Below are positions 34,511 to 47,400 of a stretch of DNA of 64,000 nucleotides, piece after piece. The translations under genes were made by a program, and so were the position numbers. Source of the stretch: Eutreptiella sp. 'Long Island Sound 2002' (lineage: Eukaryota; Protista; Euglenida); NCBI GenBank assembly GCA_964036045.1, contig OZ038378.1:172856001-172920000 (forward strand). Reading direction: 5' to 3'. The stretch's first letter is position 1. Each line of letters opens with the position of its first letter. Below the pieces are notes generated by a model, which was given only the letters and a program-made list of their open reading frames with translations, was not told the origin of the DNA and did no database searches.

Positions 34511-35522
34511 ATACATTTGACCATCATCAGTCAGAATTATCAAGAAATGGGTGAGGTTTGCCGTTGTACAATGTTCTCGTCAATGCCGGCTTCGACTTGA
34601 TTATGGGACAGCGGGCGCGGGTGGGTGAGGGATAGCATCTCACTCAATTATGATTGAAAAAAATGCAGTATGTGACACATCCTCTTTTTGTGTTCTTCAC
34701 TGCTTGGAATGGGGTGAGTAATTGACTAAGTTGGCGACATGCACGGAGAATTTTTGTCAAGGGGGGCCCTAAAGGACATACTTGGAATCAGTGCAGGTCA
34801 CAAATTTATCAGTGGAGAATAGCTGTACCGCCCTATCAGCAGCCTTTAGTTGGGATGTATTGTCCATTTGGCAAAGATGGGGAAGCAAATAGGCAGATAT
34901 GCGCATGCGTAAATGTTCAAAGACCCCGTATCTACCTACTCCACTAATTTCCCTCCACTATAGCTTTTAGCTAACAATTCTTCAAAAATGTGCTTGAACT
35001 GCTCTGCCCATTCACTGCACGGTGTGTACCCAATGCGCGCATGGTGCATGTACTCCCACACAGTGAGACCAATTTGTGCTGTAGCAAAGCAATAGTACGA
35101 CATGTGTAACCTAGGAAAATCTGAAGCCACATTCATATCTTGCTAAGCAGATGCTTGGGAGCCACACGTCCTAGGATGCCAACTACCCCTCCCCCCCCCG
35201 TAGGGGCCCTCTGGCCAATAGTTAGTTGCCAAAGGTGCCGCCCGCAGAAGTCCATGGGTGCCAAAGATGCCCAACGCTCCATGGGCACCAAAGCCGCCCA
35301 AAGGGAAATTTTGTCCACTTTGCACCACAGCACTATCATTGAACCAAATTTTTCCAAAAAATTTGAGGTTGGAGGGGGGGGGGCAACAGACGGTTGCAGC
35401 GTGGCACGACCCCCCCCCTCACTGAGATGTGACCCTGCACTGCTTGCCCTGTTCCGTGTAGTTGATGATTTTCTGAGAGGTTAGTTGACTTCTAATGTCT
35501 TCAAGGACATTGACATCCATTC

Positions 35523-36341
35523 ATGTGGAGGACGACGGGGTTGGTGGCCGCGTGGTGGGCCCGGAGCCAAAGCGGCCGCGTATGGCATTCAAGGGCGACA
35601 TCGGCATGCCTAATGCCGTATCGCCGGAGTATGCAGCCTAGTCGTGCTAGCGGAACGTTGCAGGTCCATCACCATGAGTTTCATGGAGGCCGAGGATGTG
35701 AGGGTGATGGCGGCCAACTACGAGATGCAGGTCATGGAGTAGGGACTGTTTGTGGCGGGTGTTGACCGCATGTGCCAGTGAGCTGCCCCGCACATGGACC
35801 TGGCCACAACGCTTGCCCACATGGCTAGGTACGAGAAGCCCGAGCCCTACGTGTTGGAGGTCGCGGCTGGGGCATGGAAGCGGTGCGGGCGGGGAAGCCA
35901 AGCAGCGGATCCGGCGAGCATCGCAGCCGCAGGCAGCAGGAGCAGCAGCAAGGCAAGCGGCCATAGGCGGACCCGGTCCACGAAGAGGTACGCCGACTCG
36001 CAGACCGCATACGCGAACTCCAGATGCCTAAGGTACTCTCCCTGTCTCTGGGTGAGCTGGAGCGGTTGCAACCTAGTCAATTTCGCTGAGCGTGGCAACA
36101 GGACGTCGCGGACGCCCTGAAGAAGCAATTGGCCCATGACGATCCGGAGGCAGCTAGGCGCACCATGGCGATGGAGATGTGGCGGATCTTGTACAGGGAA
36201 CGTCGACCCGCACCGCAGACCCAGCCGGTGCAAGGCCCGTCGCCACGGTGGTCCGCGCAGCCGCAGGTCCAGCCCGGGACCCACAGCAACCGCAGGCCCT
36301 GCACCAGACCCAGCCGGTCGGGCTCCCTAGTGCCTTTTTAA
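35523..36341 (+). pseudogene. Putative gag-like ORF remnants of the YR element
   Basis: Interrupted helical, protein-like segments (MDLATTLAHMARYEKPEPYVLEVAAGAWKR; DALKKQLAHDDPEAARRTMAMEMWRILYRE) in the position of VIPER ORF1. The call rests on position only. Confidence 0.4.
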
Positions 36342-37039
36342 GGTGCAAGAACTTTGGCCACTAGACACGCAACCGCGGATCTACGCGCCCACAGGGCCGC
36401 TGGCAGCAAGGGTCCCAGGGCGGCTACTCTACGCACCAGGGGCAGTATCTATACACTGCCCGCACCACGGCCCGCACTTATGATGCCACAGCCACTCCCC
36501 CTTACCCGTGTCACCGCTGCGGGCATAGCCACTGGGCAATGGCGGGGCCGTTCCCCTTCTCCGCGCCTGGATGGGCACCCGCCCAAGGGCAGGCCCAACA
36601 ATCGCCCCAGTAGCCCCTGCCTGCCCGTGAGGCCCCATGAAGGGGCCCAGGGGAGGGAGCTTGCCGGACTAGGGGTGCAGAACTCCAGCAAGCCCGTTGA
36701 GGAACCGCTTGGAGAGGACCGGCATGGTGACAGTGCGGAGCCCAACGAGACGACAGCCCAAAGCAAGATGATGACCCGAAGGGGGCGCTTGCCTTGCGGT
36801 GGGTCGGCACCGACGTGTCCCACCTCTGGTGGGCGGACTACCGGCAGCAACCACTAGGCCTGGCCATACGCACGTGGACCAAGGAGACTGCCATTGGATG
36901 GATAGGCACCCTCCGTGACCTTGGCATATTTGCTTTTTGCACTGAACGGCGCATGCTGATGGCTGGCTAGGCCAACCTTGGCATATTTGCTGCGCACTGG
37001 CTCGACAGTGAGCCCCATGATGCCGTCTCGTGGTATCTT

Positions 37040-37700
37040 GTGCAGAGAGCGGCCGTGGGCCAGAAACCTATCACCCTGCGCGGGGTCAACTCGGCCGTCT
37101 GGATGGCCGAAAAGCTGCGCTGCATCCCCCACTGTGCGCCCAAAGCACTAGCTCATGGCCAAGGGGGCAGGGGTGGTATCAGCAGCACTGCGGCCCACCC
37201 AAGTGTGGGCAGAGCTCACCACATTGCGGGCCATGGCGAAGGGGGTCCGTACTAGCTGGGAGTGGCTCGTGCTCGGGTTCGCAGTCGTCTCATTTACTGT
37301 GCTTTTGTGAGTTGGAGAGGCAGCGAGCTGCAGGCCCCAAGTCCGACCTCCTGGTGTACCGTCTCCTTCTTCCACGACAAGAGGGCGGACGACTGGCGCA
37401 CCAGGCTGGGAGCTTGAACGGAGCAGTGGCGGGCCGCCATGGTGGCTCACCCGTGGGTCAAGCAGTGCCCCTCACCCGTGCCGATTGTGGGAGCCACGTA
37501 TAACCCTTCAAGACGCCCTCCAAGCCATGCTGGCTGGCTCGGGATGGGGGCGAATGGGTTGGCATGCTTGGAGCTGAGGAGGGGTAGCAGCCAGGCGTGC
37601 ATTCGGGGCGGCTCTGTGCTCCATTGCAGCAGTTGGTAGGTGGGACTCCGAGGCTGAAGCGGACCGTTGCGCCGGCCAACCCCATGGATGGATGTTCTTC
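37040..37700 (+). pseudogene. Tyrosine recombinase remnant
   Basis: AVVSFTVLL*VGEAAS (LR.gE box, Arg codon now TGA at 37308), frameshifted WHAW..RRG near 37560, and IAAVGRWDSEAEADRC (GRW box, expected Tyr reads TGC at 37668). Confidence 0.75.
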
Positions 37701-38528
37701 CTCCCTGACGAGGTACCGTGGCCTGCGGCGGGATTCACTTGCAGGATCACGCCTGTCCATGCCTACCAACTCTGGCGCTTGGGAGCACCGGGGCCCCAGG
37801 TGCCAACAGGACCGGAGGGTGGTGCCTCAGATGTCCGCCTTGGCAACGGTAATGACGAAGGGCCCAATATGCGGCACGGCGCCAACATGCACGAGCCCAT
37901 CATACTGGCCTCCATTGATGACGAATCGCCCGAACACAGTGGCTCGCCGGGCCACTCCACAGCCCAAAAGTGTCCGCCGGCGATGACGTGGGGCCTCAGC
38001 CCCGGCAGCCCAGCTGCAAACCGCACAGCCCGCCAGCACTGCATGTAGACCATGCACGCCCGCTACCCCGGCCTACACCCGAGGCACCCAAGCGACCGCA
38101 GCCGGGGCCCATGGTCGCCCGCGACCCGATGGTGAGGGTACGGCTAGCGACAGCCAGGTGCGTGCAGTGCAGCCACGACTGGCTGACCACCTGGACGAGG
38201 CAGCGGGATACATCACCAAGACCCTCGGAGTAGACATGGGGGCAGCATGGGATCATTTGCAACTATGGTGGGCGGAGGCGCCAAAGTGGGCAAGCGATAG
38301 GCCCCTGCGGAAGGCGGGGGCGGCCCTCGAAGACGTGGCCTCAAGCCAGCCCTCCACATCTCGGCGTAGGGGCAGCTTCCCCTCGATGGGGGTTCATCCG
38401 CGAAATTGCACAACTAGTCCAAGGTCACAGTGGAACTGGCGGCCCGCGGCCTTGGGCCAGCGGGCTCTATGCCCGTATTGCTGGATGTGTGAGACGCGTG
38501 GGCTGACCCCGACTTCGGAGGTGCGGGA

Positions 38529-39074
38529 ATGCGGGTGAGGGCCCTGCCACCCTCGAGGTGTCCCAAGGTAGCCGCAATGCTGCAGACATTGCATGGCCAG
38601 GGACTTGTCAACCTTGTGGATGGCGTTGCGAATGCGGAAATCTTTGTCAAGTGGACGAACGAACGCAAGTGCGCGCTCATTGTCAACATGCGCATGTACA
38701 ACCGCAGGTGTTGCTTCAAGGCGAGGCGATTTGAACCCCCGTCGCTAGAGGCGCTAGCGGTGCTTATGCGCACATGTGCCGGAGTTGGCGGGCCCTGCCA
38801 TGAGGACGAGCTCTGGGGTGCCAAGCTGCACATTGCCAGATGCTACTAGAGTGTGTGCTTACCGCCCGACCTGGCGGGCGCCATTCGGGTTCCGGCCGGG
38901 GACCGCACCCACGCCCCTTTGCCGTCATCCGTGGCCGCCATGGTCCTGGCCGGGGACTGGCTGGGCCTACGCCACTACACATATGTCCACCTACAAAGAC
39001 TCCTCGGCAAGGTCGGGTGGCTGTGCAGGCCGGGGAACATGACGAGACCTTTCCTCGCCGGGGCCCGGGCCTAG
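38529..39074 (+). pseudogene. Reverse transcriptase/RNase H remnant (DIRS class), internally deleted
   Basis: IFVKWTNERKCALIVNMRMYNRRCCFKARRFEPPSLEAL (F..K....R/A.IVD.R..N....F.P.L), WGAKLHIARCY* (K.D....Y) and LQRLLGKVGWLCRPG. No YxDD motif was found. Confidence 0.78.
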
Positions 39075-40440
39075 GCGACCGGAAAATTGCTCTGCGGGAG
39101 GGGGGGGGGGTGACATGAACGCCCGCCGAAGGAGGGGGGGGGGTTGGAGAAATGGAATTCCGTGCTGGGCCCCTTAACAAGAAGCAGCTTTGTAGGTTTG
39201 TTTGAAAATTTGCTGGCGACGATGAGTGCCGTGGGCTGGCATGATATCCCCGCCAATGTTTGAGCGGATCGTAAGCCTTTTTTGTTAGAGGCTGGAGACC
39301 GGTAGCCTTGACTTACCATTCTTTTTCAACTGTATGCACCTCCCAAAAGGGACAGCCTTGGGAGACAGGGGAAAGGAAAAACTGATGACTGGGGACACCT
39401 AGGGCTCTCATCAGTTGAGGGTCGTGATGCCCCACCCTGTTATAAAGGGATAGATTCATATGCCAAGAACAAATGACTTGCCGTTCACTCAACAAAGGTT
39501 TGCTTTGGTACAGTCTTTCATCTAAAGCATCGTGCTGACACATCAAGCTCCTTACAAAACCAAAGTGAGATCATCTAATCCCAAATTGTGCGAGACGGAA
39601 GTACAAGAGATAGCATTCGGATGTTTCATCTTCATGTTTGCAAAAGGAGGGTTGAAGATTTTTGAAACTAGAAAAAGCTAATTTTTCATTATTTATCGTT
39701 TTTACACTTTTTGACCTTTTACGGCAGGACGCATTTTAATCCTTTTTGTCTTCGACCAAGTGATGAAAGAATGTGCGAGGCTTGGTTGCGGGGGTGCGTA
39801 GCGCCCCAACAGCCAGGCCTAGCCATCTAACATACATCCAACTTGGGTTTTTTCTTTAAAACTGCTTAATTTTTTTAGATGGCTAAACGAATGAAAGGAG
39901 TTCCTGTACCCCCATGCTACCTTCACCTTGCCCACGGCCAGATACATTTTTTCATCCTTAGGAACCGGTTTTACGATGTAAACAATCTTGATGGCTAAAT
40001 TCAGCTACGTACTTCCTTCGAAAATTTGCTTCTACTTACGAAGGTTACGGTTGTGTAAGGTTTTCTTTCTAAACGAACTTCCTTGCTAGGACTCAACTTG
40101 ATGTATTTGCACGATCGCCCCAGCCTACCCACAAGTAGGCTACACTAGCTTCCAATCTTGCTACATGCTTTTTGAGCATCGGCTCAGTCTGCATAACTGT
40201 ACCCCTAGGCTTATGAATGGCACCAAAGCCCTGCAGTCTTCCTTCATTGTTCTCTCCAAATGATTCGCGCCTGCTTTCCCCCCTCCGCCTTCCTTGTTGC
40301 CTCAGTCAAGTCTCAGTCACTATTTGTCGATTTTGACTCCGTCTGCCCAGCACTGCCAATCAACCATCCGCGACCAGCTTCAATTGTGGAACGGCGGGCA
40401 GAACACAAAAGATGATGTGAGAACGACAAAGAGACGAGCA

Positions 40441-43400
40441 ATGGAAATAGAAAGAGGTCTGAACTTTATTCATGCCTCTGGCTTTCGCTAAATTTTAAAT
40501 TCAGTGTTACAGAACATACAAATCTGATCATTTGTTTTTGCAGCTGTTGGAGACCATTTGGGTTGGGAGGCAGGGCCCTCCAGCCCGGGGTTCCAACACA
40601 ATTTACAATCTCAGAGCCCGGACCCTGGCGCGAACCTGGCGTCGCAAGTATGTGTTTGTGCTGAGTGCTCGTCAATCTCCTTCCAAGACAAGGTAAATGG
40701 AGCAAAATCAGAAAAAGTACATTCCCAGTAGGGAGTCCTCTCGAACGTTACTTTTTGCAGGAAAATTTAAGCGAAGTTGTCGCAGCGCTGGAGGATGCAC
40801 TAAAATTACGATTAAACACTGTGCACTCTGGTGAAGGAGGAGATCAAATTTCCAGGGAACTGAAACAGGTTTGTACTCACTGGTTTTTCCATATTCGCCA
40901 ATTTCTGCGCCTCAATGTTCCCTTGGAACATGCCGCTCCTTCAACCCTAGGGCGGGGAAAATTTTCTGTCGATGTTGAATCAACTTGGTGTTCAATGCTT
41001 CAAGGAAGGAGACTTTGAGTCGGCACAAAGCCACTTGTCGAAGGCGGCGTTCTACACAACTGACAAATTTCGTAACATCTTGTTTCCTTCGGACATGACG
41101 CGCTTGAAGTTGCGTGCAGGTGTTTGTGTTCATGCTCCTGAATGTAGTGTCTAAGTTGCGGGAAACGCCGGTGCATTGCGTGCTCTTTTGCCCTTGGGAA
41201 TCCCACGATTCAACACCTGCATATTATTGTTCACAAACAGCAACGTTCAACAACTTTGGTTGCATGGATAAACGACAAGGGAAGCTTGCACGTGCTTTGA
41301 AACACTTGCGGAAGGCACAAAAGCTTGAAGAGAACTTGGGCTTGCAGTCGCCAAGGTGTCCCTCGCGTTGCGTGCCGTCCATGGTGTACACGGCACTTGG
41401 CTTTGTTCCCGTTTGCAACGCTCCGAGGTGAAGATATGCCGAAAACTCGAAAAGGCACTAGAACGCAGTCACAGTAGTCGAACTTGTGTGGCGTGTTACC
41501 GCTTTGCAAATGATGTGCTTCTCACCTCATTCCTTAGCACAAGTGCCAACGTATGTGCGGTCCTCACCGCCTTGGGCCGGTTCGATCAAGCTGTGGTGGA
41601 AGCAAAGACGGCCATCAAGTTGCTGACCCCCGTGTTACAAGAAGCGGAGAGCGTTTCGCCATCCCACAGGTCGCCGGAGATCAATCGAGATATGTATGTT
41701 ACTTTGAGGCATCAGTCGCAAGGGAGCCCCCATCCTTGGGCCCTAATACCCCCATCCCGGGCCGGGGACCTCGGCGAAAACGTCGCAAAAAGGTATTCGG
41801 CGCGTTTTCTCAATTCCAAAGTCCAAGCAAATTTAACAGCTTGACATTTGGATGAGTGATGGGAGCTGGAAGATGAGCTAGGTGGTGATCAAGAATTGAA
41901 CGTCGGAGCACCACGCAACTTGTTCACAATGGAACATATTTCTTCGATTTGACCACCTTCCAACGCCCCTCCGAGCCTTGAGGAGGGTAGGGTTGTGGTA
42001 CCAAGTTAATACGCCTCGAAGCCTACGTTACCCCCCAACTACGCCGTTGCAAAGCATGAAGCCAACAGGCCTTGGATGAGTGCAAACTCGAACTCGGGTT
42101 CAAGTGCGAAGTAGACTTCATGTGAATTCGTGTTTAGTCAAGCACGAATGCCGCACTAGTGTGTAAATGTGTAAGAAAAAAAAATTGTGCAATGGCGAAT
42201 TTACTTTATGCAAACTCAGTGAAGTAAATCGGCATACGGATTTACTTTACCGACTGTCGGCTGGTAGGCCGGTAGGTAGTGAGGTTTCATCGGGTAAATC
42301 CTAGCCTAGATGTATCTAATGTGGCCGATTTCTTAAGAAATGTGTGTGTCGATTTATCTTATTGTCGCAAGATAATTTCCATTCTCGATGTATTAGTAGT
42401 CAAAAGTCAGCAAGATAAATCGGCACACGGATTTATCTTATGAAATAGACCCATAAGATACATCTAGAGGACTTTACACATCCGCAATATCGTCTGGACT
42501 TTTTTTGTGCCCTCCGGATTCCCGAAGATCTTGACAGTTCGAAGTGACAATTCGAAGTTTTTGTAGCATTGCTTCTTCGCTGTCTCTTCAGCCACTTGTT
42601 CACGGTTTGTTGGCACAACCTCGCGATGGCACTACGGCAAGAGAATCCCGAGCAACCCAAGAAGGAGTGTTGGGACGCATTCCAAAATGCTATCTTTTGT
42701 TCCCAAAGTATGCCGTGATTTGTGTACACCAACCTACAATACAATAACCACATTGCATTGCATTTGACAATTGAAACGCATATCCACGAAACTTTTTTCC
42801 CGAGACATCACCATTGACCACACAACCATAAAAATCCAACGTGAATGAATTGTCGTGTCGGATATCCATGCATCCATGTGTGGTCAACTACACGAACGCC
42901 GGTAACTAGGTCCCAGTGGTGCGATAAACCAAACGTACTTTTTCGCAAGAAAATTCGCAAGAAAGAGGCTAAATTGGATTGGATTTGCAAGGCGAACAAC
43001 ATTATGCAGCAATATTCCCAGTAGCCACGGTTTCGGTCTATCAAAATCATTTTGAATTGCTCATTTTTCCCCCATGCACCAAGCTGTGTGCCTCCTCCGC
43101 ATGTGTAGGCCACCTCGGCAGCGAGCACCCAACCACGCTCGCGATCGAAAAGGCGTATTTGGACGCTTTGCAAGGGGCCGCTCAACAGCAAAAGGGCCCT
43201 GGTGAGAAAACCCCGACATTGCGGAAAGGTTCTTTCCCTCTTATTTGTGCATGGGCGGACGCAAAGGAATAAGCACCAACGTGATATTAACGTGACGGAC
43301 CGGGGAGTTAACTTGACATTAAATTGAAGGCCGAGGAAATAACGTGGCATTAACGTGACGGGCCGGCGAATTAACGTGAAATCAACGTGACAAGCCGAGG

Positions 43401-43778
43401 AATTACCGTGAAATCAACGTGGCAAGCCGAGGAATTAACGTGAAATCAATGTGACAAGCCGAGGAATTAACGTGAAATCAACGTGACAGGCCGGCGAATT
43501 AACGTGATATTAACGTGACAGGCCGAGGAATTATCGTGACATTAATGTGACAGGCCGAGGAATTAACGTGACAGTAACGTGACAGGACGTGACAACGTAT
43601 TGTTGGTGAGCCAACCTCTCTACCATCAGCAGCCTCTTGCAGATGCACCACGTCATCTGTGCGATCCCGTGCGCGCTCGTAGGTTGGTGCTTGACCAACC
43701 AGCCAGTCTCCAGCGGAGCAATTCCAGCGAGAGGTTTCAGCATTCAGGGCCTTTAAGGCAGAGTATTCAAGGGCGTTG
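40441..43778 (+). CDS. TPR-repeat protein; exons 40441-40456, 40544-40692, 40761-40868, 40951-41119, 41241-41355, 41538-41693, 42592-42707, 43109-43201, 43643-43778; continues 3'
   Basis: Eight GT-AG introns with matching phases (1,0,0,1,2,2,1,1). TPR helices MLNQLGVQCFKEGDFESAQSHLSKA, ATFNNFGCMDKRQGKLARALKHLRKAQKLE, ANVCAVLTALGRFDQAVVEAKTAIKLL, VCWHNLAMAL..WDAFQNAIFCSQSHLGSEHPTT. Strong donor TG|GTAAGT at 43779. The start codon is uncertain. Confidence 0.85.
43277..43598. repeat. About ten copies of a 32-bp unit (GAATTAACGTGAAATCAACGTGACAAGCCGAG) in TPR intron 8
   Basis: Direct inspection; two AACGTGA half-units per repeat. Confidence 0.92.
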
Positions 43779-44189
43779 GTAAGTGGTATTATCTCCTTAA
43801 TAGCCATTCACCCGGCAGTGGTCGCCGTTTCACTCATCATATCAACCCACACTCACATCATGCAGCCCTGTCCCAGCAACCGAATGCTCGCTCTTCCGCT
43901 TGTTGTGCTGCAGCCAACTCGGGCAAGTGGGGCATCGCCCCCGCACCGCCAGGGGCGCAAGCCAAGAAAAGGCCGCGCTCTCAGCCGCCCCAGAGGAGGA
44001 CTCCCACGCCCCCACCACGCATGCCCCATGGACCTGCCCAAGCTCACCGTCCAGATAGCCGCAGGGTCGCAGGCCCACAGGGGGCATTCAATCTACCGAT
44101 GCCCTTGCCGCCGCCGTCGATCGGGGGGCGTCGGCTGCCGTCGATACCTGCGTGGCACTCTGGCAATGCACCGATGCAGGGCGGTGTGC

Positions 44190-44460
44190 TAGGGAGGGGG
44201 ATGCGTTGCATGGAGGGGGCCGGAGTATCGAGCGACGGTCGGAACACTGCCCCAAAGCCCTGTTCTGTTGGGAGAGGGCGTGGGCAGGAGGGAGTGTTTG
44301 TCGTCTGTGATCTTGGATCTTGGCGGAGAGTAGTTTTGAGTCATGCCATTTGGAGCTGGCTGGGACATGCTGACTAGCCCTTAGCATGGTGCGGAAAGAT
44401 GGGCTTGAATCTGCACCTCCAATTCTCCCGGCAAACGGCGCCGTGCGACCGTAGGAAGGG
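44190..44460 (-). pseudogene. Possible non-LTR retrotransposon RT fragment
   Basis: Frameshifted PIFPHHAKG followed by KLLSAKIQDH...ALSQQNRALGQCSDRRSIL resembles RT subdomains 1-2 (PI.K.KG; KLLS.I..R...Q.GF...RS). Weak. Confidence 0.3.
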
Positions 44461-47400
44461 GGGGCGGGGGGTAATCCTCAAGGGCGTAAGGGCACGCCAC
44501 CGTCTCATTATTGAGTCAGCATTTTAGAAAGCAAACCCACATATTCAGTGGAGTGGATTGCCCTTGTCACCCCATGTTGTGGAGCAACGCATTGGGAAGA
44601 ACAAACCTGGGGCCAAACAGCAGACTCCAACGATTTCCCTCACATTACCTGGTGGTATTGTATGCTGTATTTCCGCCACATACCACTGCCATTCCCCTGC
44701 ATAGTGCATACAGTCCCCAAACGGAGCAGATTTTACCCTCCCCGTCTAAGAACAGTTGACAGAGAAACCATTGCTTCCCCAACCCATTTGCACAGGCAGA
44801 GAACCAGTGAGTGCCACCAGCGGAGAACGTGGGACCCAGGGACCCACCAGGGGACCCCAACCCTTTTGTGGCTGTGTGGCTGGTATTGCAAGGGCAATGC
44901 AGTCTCACAGGGAGAGTGCCACAACAGCAGTATATTGCCAGACGGTCACATATTTTCGAAATTTTGCACATCCGTGGGGAAACCAAGAGTGATGGGAGAA
45001 CCTAGCCAATGAAGCATGGCTGAGGTAAGAGGCAAGGGATACAGACACAATGGTACGAGGAACGGGGGGGGGAGTTAGCGCATTGCCCTGCATTCGTATT
45101 CATATCTGGAGCACTACTGCTCATGTCCATGTTAGCTTGGATGAATGACAGCTTGTTGAGTGGACTTGAGCCCGTGGTTGTCACTAGCTCCACTTAGTGC
45201 CGTCGGAGTTTTGCAAGCACAAAGGGCCAGACAACGCCACATACGCTTAATAGTGGTGGCCACTTCACGAGCCCAAGGGGGCCAAGGGGCTATTGTATAC
45301 CGGCGGATGCGTCACACCATCTGGAATGTGCATCGTGTGTGCCATGGCATGTACCCAGACAGCAGGAAGTGGTGATTGCTATTTGTGCTAGTGCCACCCT
45401 GCAACCTTTACTGAAAATCACTCTGAACGGGGCCAGACACAAAACACAATGTGCACAGTCACCTGCAACGAACCAATTTTTGAAGCTCTTGGTGGACGGC
45501 CTTATGCTGAACAACATTGCTAAACAACGGGGAGGGGGGGGCTGAAAAACCATGTCTACCCTTGCCATGTCTGTGTGGGGAAACATGGGAGGGGAACACA
45601 AATTGGACAAGTCATGGTTTGCCATACTGCAACTGGCCGCAACTGATCATGCCCTGGTATCACAGTCATGCGGTAGCGTGTGAGAAAGGCACTGAGGCTG
45701 TAGATACTGGCTTTACCGTCCAGTTCAATGGGTTGTGATTTTCCAGGAGGTTGGTCCTGCATGTTTACATACAGTGCACAATCAGATGGGGCTATTTGTG
45801 TGGTGAGGAACCAGGGAGCTCTGTCAGCAACACCTCCATTGCCATCCCCTTCCCAGACGCCTCCCGTTCCACAGGGGTATTTGGAGTTCCCGAAAGCAGT
45901 CCTGCAGGGGATGGCTTGTATCCCTACGTTCAGGCCCCCACATCCCTGAAGGGCAAAACCCCGCGGGCAGATGGCCGACACCTGCCTGAAACTGATTTGA
46001 AGGTTGGCAGCCCTGCGTATCCCCAGATGGCGGCGCAGTGGGCGCTGCAGGGCATGATGGGGTTGAGGTCCCAAAGCCCGACACGCGCTCCTCAAGGAAT
46101 GTATGCTGACGGCACACCTGTGGCCGCTGCAGTGGATACTCCCTCCAAGCGGGCAAGGTGTGCCGTTTGCGCACGGTGGGATGTGCGCAAGTTTCTCCAC
46201 AACCCTCCACGATCGCTTTTCTACCCTGAACAGCTGCATGCAGCCCTCCACAACCCTCCACATTGTCGTTAAACCTCAACCCTGAACAACAACCTCTAGC
46301 AACCCCAAACCACGATGCACAGCCCTCAGCAACCTCCACTGGCAACGTGCCCTAAGGATCCTCAATACTCCTCATAGTGCAATGTGTACAGTACTGTGGC
46401 CCTTGACACACACGCACACACATACACGCACACACACACACACGGGTTTCATGTCGGGATAGGAAGCTTTTTATTGTATTAGTGAACAGCCTCTTCCCCC
46501 ATCATTTTCCTTAACCCATCCCAGTTGACCTATGTTCTGGTTGTTTGTATTTAGTGGTGCTCAACATGACCAAGCTGAGTCATGGAGAACACATCTCTTG
46601 TGGCGACTATGGCGCGCCCTGTGGTGCACAGTTTGTGAACCCTGCCTAATTGTGGACTGTTGCAGTTTCTGCATTGTTGACCTAAAAACTAAAGCCCATG
46701 TGATTTGCATTAAGTTGCTGTTGCTTGTTTTTCTTTTTGTTTTTCCCCTTGGTTACAGAATATTTCATTGCTTGCCACAGTGCCCAAACCCACCCGTGTG
46801 CCCAAACATAAACCTCACCAACTGCAGTAGCCGCAGAGTGATGGGAGCAGGCATCTGGGAAAATATTCACCGCAGAGCAACTGGAGAAGGCAAGGTGTTG
46901 GGAGGCGCAATTAACGAGAGCAACGCTCACGCTAACACGCCCACACACCACCATGGTACAACCAAGTATTTAGCCATTGTGCGACATGTTGTTGCCTGAA
47001 CCAAGGGGTATGGGGAAAGAAGTAGTATTGGAGCTTTGCTGCTTCTGACCGAGGGAGTAACACCCCTCCTCTTTAACCACAGTAGAAGGCTGCGATTCCC
47101 ATCCACGCTTTTGCACGCTGAGCTGGGGCCATATTGATGGGGTGATGGTATCAAAAGATCAACGTGCACTGCTTCTTAGTTATCAGGTTTATTTCAACAG
47201 TCTGCAATAATGCAGGTTTCCGTAACCCTTCGGCACCTTTCCCTCTGGCCCGAAGCACTCTCACTGTATGTCCACACCCATACTTTTCATCCCACCTTCC
47301 ACATGGGATCCTGAACATATTTTGCTTCTGTACTTGGTTGTGTGGAAATGCTGTGGACAGACATGGGTGCACACTCCACTGGTGTTTTTGGCAGTCGCAG

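Larger units (their letters stand above)
35520..39075 (+). mobile_element. Decayed tyrosine-recombinase retrotransposon, gag-like - YR - RT/RH order (VIPER/TATE-like)
   Basis: YR motifs and DIRS-class RT motifs on the same strand with YR upstream of RT; many stops and frameshifts. Ends are approximate. Confidence 0.8.

Noticed and set aside
39180-40200. Second compact gene upstream of the TPR unit
   Set aside because: Several GTAAG donors on both strands, but every tested exon chain hit stops.
41694-41855. Read-through C-termini for the TPR unit (stops at 41844 or 41855)
   Set aside because: The phase-2 donor at 41694 joins 42592 to continue the TPR motif (VCWHNLAMAL), which fits better.
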